Source of the DNA: Acidimicrobiia bacterium
GTDB taxonomy: Bacteria > Actinomycetota > Acidimicrobiia > Spongiisociales > ZC4RG35
Assembly: GCA_041746105.1 (NCBI GenBank)
Contig: JBGTHP010000002.1
Location: 348-64,347, forward strand
DNA: 64,000 nt
Direction: 5' to 3'
Below are positions 58,018 through 64,000 of the stretch, in pieces. Below the pieces are notes generated by a model that worked only from the letters and a program-made list of their open reading frames with translations, was not told the origin of the DNA and made no database searches. The position numbers and the translations under genes were made by a program. Numbering within the stretch: position 1 is the first letter of the stretch; each line of letters starts with the position of its first letter.

Positions 58018-58845
58018 TTATGGCAACCGGCGCGAGAGCACTTCGCTTTCGAACGTTTCGATGAAGCGGTCCGGTTCCGAACCCTCGGTGTTGTCGGGCC
58101 CCACCACGAGGCGGTCGACTCCGATCCGTCCGTATTCGTCGACCAGGTCGAGGTCTACTTGTCCAGGTGCTGCCACCGTTATCTCGAGAGGTTCTGATGT
58201 TCGGCCCCAGCGGTGGCGCTCTGCCATCAGTTTCGCGACGAGATCCTTGGTTTGGTTGACGTTGGTGAGCCATCCGAACCAGCCGTTGCCGACTCTGGCC
58301 GCACGCTCCAGCGCTCGCGGCGAGTGGCCTCCGACGACGATCGGTGGATGAGGCAACTGGACCGGTGCCGGACTCTGGACGACGCCGGTGCCGACTGGTT
58401 CGTGGCCCGGCCCGACGCTGGTCCCCCAGATCTCGATCAACCTTTCCAGCCCGTCGTCGGTACGAGATCCGCGTTCTGACATGGGCACGCCGAACGCCGC
58501 CAGTTCGGCCTGTAGGTGTCCGACACCCACCCCAACGATCAAGCGTCCGTTCGACAACAGGTCGATACTGCTGAGCTGTTTCGCCAACAACACCGGATGT
58601 CGCTGCGGTATGACGAGAACCCCTGCGGCCAACCGGACTTTCGATGTCGCGCCGGCCAGATAGGTGAGGGCGGATAGGGCTTCGAGTCTTGGTTCCTCAG
58701 AACCTGGCAGATCCGCCGGCAATGTGATGTGATCGCCGACCCACAACGATTCAAACCCGGCTTCCTCGGCCGCGATCGACCGCTGGGTGAGTGTCTCCGG
58801 CCGGATGCCGGGGCCCCGGTGCAGACCGTATAGACCAAACTTCAT
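58018..58845 (-). CDS. LLM-class (luciferase-like) F420-dependent oxidoreductase
   Basis: MKFGLYGLH...ESLWVGDH N-terminus typical of LLM flavin/F420 enzymes. Confidence 0.7.
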   Translation of the reverse strand: MKFGLYGLHRGPGIRPETLTQRSIAAEEAGFESLWVGDHITLPADLPGSEEPRLEALSALTYLAGATSKVRLAAGVLVIPQRHPVLLAKQLSSIDLLSNGRLIVGVGVGHLQAELAAFGVPMSERGSRTDDGLERLIEIWGTSVGPGHEPVGTGVVQSPAPVQLPHPPIVVGGHSPRALERAARVGNGWFGWLTNVNQTKDLVAKLMAERHRWGRTSEPLEITVAAPGQVDLDLVDEYGRIGVDRLVVGPDNTEGSEPDRFIETFESEVLSRRLP

Positions 58846-59157
58846 TGTCGAGGTTCCTCTTTGGCCTGGTGGCAGGGGATGAGTCATGCAGAGGGCAGGT
58901 CTTCCAGCGTACCCAGGCACATCGTGGTGATCGGCTGTGGCGCGCTCTAGCCCCCGACCCGTTTGCAGACCGTTCCTTCATTTCGTCGAGTGCGATGCCC
59001 TTGGCAACGAGGGAGGAGTCGCGTTGGAAACCCCGACTGATCATCCCTCGAAATATCGCCGGAGGTTCGACGTTGATCGCGGCTCCACCGTCATGGGCAA
59101 TCGTGGGACGTTTCCCGAGCGGTCTACGCTCGGCCACCCTTCGACCGAGGAGTTCCA

Positions 59158-59541
59158 TTGATCGCCAATCTGCCGATGCATACCGTCCTGCCCGCCTCCG
59201 ACCTCGAACGGGCACGGACCTGGTATTCCGAGAAGCTGGGGCTTGAGCCGGTTTCAACGAATCCGTTCGGTGACCTTCTTTACGAGACGGGTGGTGTTGG
59301 TTTTCTTCTGTATCAATCCGACCTGGCCGGGAAAAATGCGGCGAGCGCCGCCGGCTTCAGACTGGAGAACTTCGACGAAGTCGTTGAATACCTTCGGACC
59401 AACGGCGTGGAATTCGAACACGTCGATTTTGGCGAGATGGGAGCAACAATCGACGGGGTGATTGCCACCCCGGACGGTCAGAAGGCTGCGTGGTTCAAGG
59501 ACAGCGAAGACAACATCTTCGCCCTTTCAACCGTCCATTGA
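59158..59541 (+). CDS. VOC-family (glyoxalase/bleomycin-resistance-like) protein
   Basis: 127 aa with a paired beta-alpha-beta-beta-beta module pattern. Confidence 0.6.
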   Translation: MIANLPMHTVLPASDLERARTWYSEKLGLEPVSTNPFGDLLYETGGVGFLLYQSDLAGKNAASAAGFRLENFDEVVEYLRTNGVEFEHVDFGEMGATIDGVIATPDGQKAAWFKDSEDNIFALSTVH

Positions 59542-59789
59542 GCACAGTCCGTTGCTCTGCGACGGGTGTGCTCATAGAGCTGCCCTGAAGGGCCTTCCTG
59601 CGACCTCGATACCGTTCGACCACCACTCTCCGAGACTGAGCTACTTCGAACGCGGCGAACCACCCGCAAACCCGCTGGAACGAGGCGGAACGGGGGCTGT
59701 CGCCGTTGCCGATCTGCCCTATGTACAGAGTCGTCCGATGCCGCAATAATGCCTCGATGCAGTGAAGGGATCGTAGGGAGGAGCACGAC

Positions 59790-61427
59790 ATGGGGTCGAC
59801 GGGGCAGGGCGGTCGGGGCGGAATCAGATTCCAGCGACCCACCGCGTTTTGGCTGGGTGTGGTCTCGCTGACCACAGGGACGCTGATGCATCTACCGATG
59901 TTCTTTGGAGCGGCCGACATGGGCTACCGGCTCGTCGGCATGCCCGTCGACGGCACGATGATCCTGGGAATGGGCCTCATTCTGGTGGGTCTAGTCGCAG
60001 CTGGGTACGGGCTGATGCCGGACATCGACCCGGCGGAGCGCGCACAGGCGACCCGAATCCAGGTCAGGACGCTGGACGACGCTCGTCTGAGGAGCCCCCA
60101 TTTCATGCTGCTGGCCGTTCTGGCAGTGGCCGTTCTGATCGACATCATCAAACCGACGACGCTGGCCTTCGTGATTCCCGGAATGGCCGAGGAGTACGGG
60201 CTCAGGACACCTGGCAATCCCGATGGAACTATTCCAGTTGCCCTTCTCCCTCTGGTCGGGATCGCCGGGACGGTCATCGGATCGTTCGTCTGGGGGTGGC
60301 TGGCGGATCGCATGGGACGAAGGAGCACGATCCTCCTCGCCGCCCTCTTGTTCATCGCCACCGCCATATGCGGCTCGATGCCGACGTTCAACTGGAATCT
60401 GCTGATGTGCTTCATAATGGGCCTGTCAGTGGGCGGAATGCTCCCGATCGCCTACACCCTCACGGCCGAGACGATCCCAGCACGGAAACGGGGCGTCCTG
60501 ATGATCATGATCGGAGGAGACCTATCCCTCGCCTTCTTCGTGACGAGTTGGCTGTCGTCCGTCCTCCAGCCTCAGTTCGGCTGGCGCATCATGTGGCTGA
60601 TAGGAGCGCCGTCGGGGCTTCTGCTCATCTTGATGAGCCGTTGGATACCGGAGTCGCCTCGCTTTTTGATCGCCACCGGCCAGCGGGCGGAAGCCGAGAA
60701 GGTGATGGCTCGTTTTGGAGCGGAGATCATCGAGGTCGAAGAGCCCGTCCTGCCCGTGCCGGAGCGGGCCGCGCCTCGGTACTCGCAGCTCCTGCGGAAG
60801 CCGCTAGGGGGCCTCAGTCTCGGAATAGGACTCTACGCTCTCGCCTTTGGACTGGTTCAGTTCGGATTCCTGCTCTGGTTGCCAACCAACCTGAGGAATC
60901 TCGGCTTCGAGGGCTCCGACGCCGACAGCCTGGTCGCTCGGGCCAGCCTGCTGGGCTTCCCGATCACGTTCCTGGTCGCGTTCCTGTACGGCTTCTGGAG
61001 CAGCAAGAAGACATTGTTGATCTTCGCCGGGCTCACTTGTGCCACGTTGTTCGGGTTTGTCTTCCTGGGCGACGGTGTAGCAACCAACCCACTCGTTCTC
61101 CAGGCGTTGATCGTGGTGGTGATCATGGGTGTCAGCACTGCGACCACCGATCTCATGCCGACTTATGCTGCGGAGGTCTATCCAACGCTGTTACGAGGTC
61201 GGGGGAGCGGCTTTGTCGCAGGTGCCAGCAAGGCCGGCGGAGTCCTTGGTATCGGACTGGTGGTCGCCGCAGTTGCTCCTCCGACGTTCGCCGGCGCAGC
61301 GCTTCTCGGGGCGGTGCCAATGGCGATCGCGATCGTCGCCCTCGGCGTCTACGGCGTCGAAACGCGGCGCAGACGTCTCGAAGAGATATCCGCCGCATTT
61401 GGCGGAGAGATCGGGATTTCCGAGTAG
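59790..61427 (+). CDS. MFS transporter with N-terminal extension
   Basis: 545 aa. WGWLADRMGRR motif-A loop, and 12+ TM helices. Confidence 0.7.
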   Translation: MGSTGQGGRGGIRFQRPTAFWLGVVSLTTGTLMHLPMFFGAADMGYRLVGMPVDGTMILGMGLILVGLVAAGYGLMPDIDPAERAQATRIQVRTLDDARLRSPHFMLLAVLAVAVLIDIIKPTTLAFVIPGMAEEYGLRTPGNPDGTIPVALLPLVGIAGTVIGSFVWGWLADRMGRRSTILLAALLFIATAICGSMPTFNWNLLMCFIMGLSVGGMLPIAYTLTAETIPARKRGVLMIMIGGDLSLAFFVTSWLSSVLQPQFGWRIMWLIGAPSGLLLILMSRWIPESPRFLIATGQRAEAEKVMARFGAEIIEVEEPVLPVPERAAPRYSQLLRKPLGGLSLGIGLYALAFGLVQFGFLLWLPTNLRNLGFEGSDADSLVARASLLGFPITFLVAFLYGFWSSKKTLLIFAGLTCATLFGFVFLGDGVATNPLVLQALIVVVIMGVSTATTDLMPTYAAEVYPTLLRGRGSGFVAGASKAGGVLGIGLVVAAVAPPTFAGAALLGAVPMAIAIVALGVYGVETRRRRLEEISAAFGGEIGISE

Positions 61428-61694
61428 TCGGAGCGACCGCTCCTGCCCGTCAGGCCGACAACAAACACTCCGCTGGTGCCTCCCGGCGTGATCGGGAGTA
61501 CAGCCCGGTGGCCATCTCGCAACACGTTCGCTGTGGGTCGCTGTCTACGAGCGGGACGTCTTTGGGCACCTCTTGAGCGAGGCCCGATGACGGAGAAATC
61601 GACCCGGCCGGCCACCAAGGGTGACCCGATCACCCGAGCGAGCAGCGCTCCGACAGCGGCTAGGTGCGAATGGCATGATGCTCGACGATGTGGT

Positions 61695-62405
61695 CTATTC
61701 GGCGAGATCGTGGCCGGCATTCACAGTTTGCCCACTTCTCAGAAGGCTGATACCCAGCAGAATCCAAAGGAGCCCGAAGAGTACGTTGGCCACGATTCCG
61801 TAGATCCGGTATCCGTTGATCTGGTCAAGCACGTCGGGGCGAATCACGAGGAACCACACGAATGCGAAGATCTGGGTGATCCCCATCCCGATGAGAAGAC
61901 TACGAGCAGGTCTACTCGATGAGTTGGCGTCCCGCTGACCACTCGCGATCAAAATGAGACCCACCCCCAATAGGGGGGCCAAGAGTGGCGGCCAGACTGC
62001 GAGAGTGGCGACGTTTGCCATCGCTGGAACCACGAGTCCGATGAGGGAAAGAACCAAGCCGACGCCGGCCCTCCGGGCTGCGCCTTTGGTGAGTGCCCAT
62101 TGTGAGCCGAATAGTCCTGCGGCCATCAATAGAAGTGACGGGCCCTCCATCATCGCGCTCCAGAACTCTGGGTCCTGGCCGAGCAGCTCGCCGCCCTCGT
62201 TGACCGAGGTCGGACCATGCAGAGCGGTGAAAATAGGCCAGATTGCGATCATGACCGCGCCGCCGGCGATCATGGCGAGGCTAGGCCAGCGGGGCTGCCG
62301 ATCGACGATCGGCCGGCCGGTCGGTGTATCCGTCTTTTGGATGATCCGCTCCTTGTCGAGCGATCCGAACATGGAAGAATCGCCGCTTAGGCGGACGCGA
62401 GGCAC
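61695..62405 (-). CDS. hypothetical polytopic membrane protein
   Basis: 236 aa and 5-6 TM helices. No family recognised. Start ambiguous. Confidence 0.4.
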   Translation of the reverse strand: MPRVRLSGDSSMFGSLDKERIIQKTDTPTGRPIVDRQPRWPSLAMIAGGAVMIAIWPIFTALHGPTSVNEGGELLGQDPEFWSAMMEGPSLLLMAAGLFGSQWALTKGAARRAGVGLVLSLIGLVVPAMANVATLAVWPPLLAPLLGVGLILIASGQRDANSSSRPARSLLIGMGITQIFAFVWFLVIRPDVLDQINGYRIYGIVANVLFGLLWILLGISLLRSGQTVNAGHDLAE

Positions 62406-62929
62406 GGAGCCGCAGACAACAGGAACGACAGTTCCGCTACCTTCACGCCGTTCGCCTCTCCTGAGAGAATAACCGTGACCCGTCCACCGACACCGCTCAT
62501 AACCGGCAATCTGCTCTGCTCACTGTGATTTGGGAGGGCGGAAAGAGTCGGACGGCGACAGATCGTGATTCGGCCAGGACTGCCGGGTGCGTCGACGTTG
62601 TTGGACGGCCTGCGACTGCGGCGGCTCGATCCGGCAACCCTGGCGCCTCCTACGTAGCCGAGCGAAGAGCAATTCGCGGCTAGATGGATCGTGGTCAGGG
62701 ACGGGATCGATCCGTCGACCTCCAGTTTTTCAGACCGGTAGTTTCACCGTCTTGACCTGGGGTTTCATGTTCGAGATTCCGCGGCGAGTCCGCCTCCCGG
62801 CTGAGCTTCAGGCTTGGGAAGCCAGCTTGAGGATGGAGCGCATGGCACGAAGGGCTCGCTTCGCTTCTGTGACTGTGGGGTCGACCTCTTCGTACTGAGC
62901 TTTGTGAACGAGAGGGGTGGCTGAAGTCA

Positions 62930-63133
62930 TTGGAGCGTCTTCTGCGTGCTCGAACCAGACCGCTCGAGCTGCCGGCCAACCCGAGCGTCGGTCGCAATGA
63001 TCCCTGCCCGTGCGAATCGGGTCTCATGTACAAACGTTGCCACGGCAATTGGCGGGACCACGAAAAGTGTGAGATATGGATGTCTCCGGGATTGCCGGAT
63101 AGCGCGCCGGTGGTTTGGCCGATTTCAGGGTGA
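62930..63133 (+). CDS. small SEC-C-motif protein (candidate)
   Basis: TTG-start ORF containing [17 protein letters not shown], the SEC-C metal-binding motif. May be a remnant. Confidence 0.3.
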   Translation: MERLLRARTRPLELPANPSVGRNDPCPCESGLMYKRCHGNWRDHEKCEIWMSPGLPDSAPVVWPISG

Positions 63134-63325
63134 GATGGCGCGCGTTGTGCGCTGTGAATGTTTGGGGTGTCGATGTTCGGTGGCTCGTGTCGTCAACATT
63201 CGGGCTTCGGAGCCGGAAGGACCGGACGGCCGGCACCGTCCATGACATCGTGTGGCGCAAGCTCCAGGGGCCCAGAACCAGACCGCGCCAACCGGCGAGG
63301 GGGGTGGCCCCTCGCCGGTCGTCGG

Positions 63326-63949
63326 TCAGCTGTTGGTCTCGTACCAGGCTGCCCAGTCGTCGAGGTTGTCCATGATGAGTTGGGCGCAGTCGGGGGTGCG
63401 CGCGTTGGCGCAGTTGGCGGCGGCATAGTCGACCTGCAGCTCGCCGCCCTCGGCGAACACCCTGAATGCCTCCCGGAGCTCGGTGTCCTCCGGGTCGCCG
63501 GCATCGCAGAGCCCGGCCAGAGTGAGATCGGCCCCCCGAGGACCGAAGCGAAGCAGATAGTTGGTGATGCCGTGTGCGCCGCCGACGGGCAGGACCACTG
63601 CGCCTTCGCCGTCGAGATCACGTCCGAGCCGAGCTGCCACCGCCTCGAGAGCGATTTGGTCGCTGACACCTTCGACCAGCACCACCGCACGTGCCGCGGC
63701 AAAGTGGCCGCGGCACGTAGCCGGACAGCGCTCGGCGGGCCAGTTCCCTGCGTCTCGAAGGGTCCATTTGGACTCCAATGCATTCGGCGGCGAAGCGGGG
63801 AGAAAGACTACTCCGAGAGCCCATCTACGGCCTTCCTTGCGCTGCCAAAGGCGACCGAGGACCGATCGCGTGCCCGTCGTGTGATCGAATGCCCTAACTG
63901 CTCCGCATTCGCTGACACCCGCATCACGACGAGCCCTCGACCGCGACAT
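63326..63949 (-). CDS. TOPRIM-domain protein (OLD-nuclease C-terminal-like)
   Basis: VVLVEGVSDQIALEA (TOPRIM Glu) and LAGLCDAGDPED (DxD). The upstream partner, if any, lies beyond the window edge. Confidence 0.4.
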   Translation of the reverse strand: MSRSRARRDAGVSECGAVRAFDHTTGTRSVLGRLWQRKEGRRWALGVVFLPASPPNALESKWTLRDAGNWPAERCPATCRGHFAAARAVVLVEGVSDQIALEAVAARLGRDLDGEGAVVLPVGGAHGITNYLLRFGPRGADLTLAGLCDAGDPEDTELREAFRVFAEGGELQVDYAAANCANARTPDCAQLIMDNLDDWAAWYETNS

Positions 63950-64000
63950 GAGCCCGCTCCGTGGTCACGATATCGATCGGCTCGCTAGTCAGGTCGCTTA

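Overview
High-GC Actinomycetota-like chromosomal segment of 64 kb, densely coding, with about 65 protein genes, one tRNA, and many 4-bp start/stop overlaps that indicate operons. Core genes: ilvE (5'-partial), murJ, a PHP phosphoesterase, cyclophilin, lysC-asd, apbC/mrp, erpA, ridA, ALDH7-type dehydrogenase, glnA with an adjacent OmpR/GlnR-like regulator, ndh, fabH and selA-selB. Accessory content: a tandem hairpin-repeat array at the asd 3' end; an SLH/beta-helix secreted protein; an AT-rich promoter island with a DUF2178/XRE pair; a vapBC toxin-antitoxin pair with a palindromic operator; an arsenic resistance cluster (arsR-arsC fusion, arsC, aquaglyceroporin) next to a truncated tyrosine-integrase remnant and tRNA-Pro(CGG); a sulfur-trafficking cluster (HTH-PocR-like regulator, SQR-like flavoprotein, DUF1641, TusE/DsrC, DsrE, DUF302); an MBOAT/SGNH/DUF4015-like polysaccharide O-acylation module; two paralogous thioesterases flanking a secreted protein; a ~1030-aa lipoprotein plus a paralogous Thr-rich secreted protein; a frameshifted glycoside hydrolase; a heliorhodopsin divergent from an orphan histidine kinase; and a TOPRIM-domain protein at the window edge. 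Two frameshifted genes (SAM-methyltransferase, glycoside hydrolase) may be pseudogenes or assembly errors. No CRISPR array, IS element, or rRNA was found.
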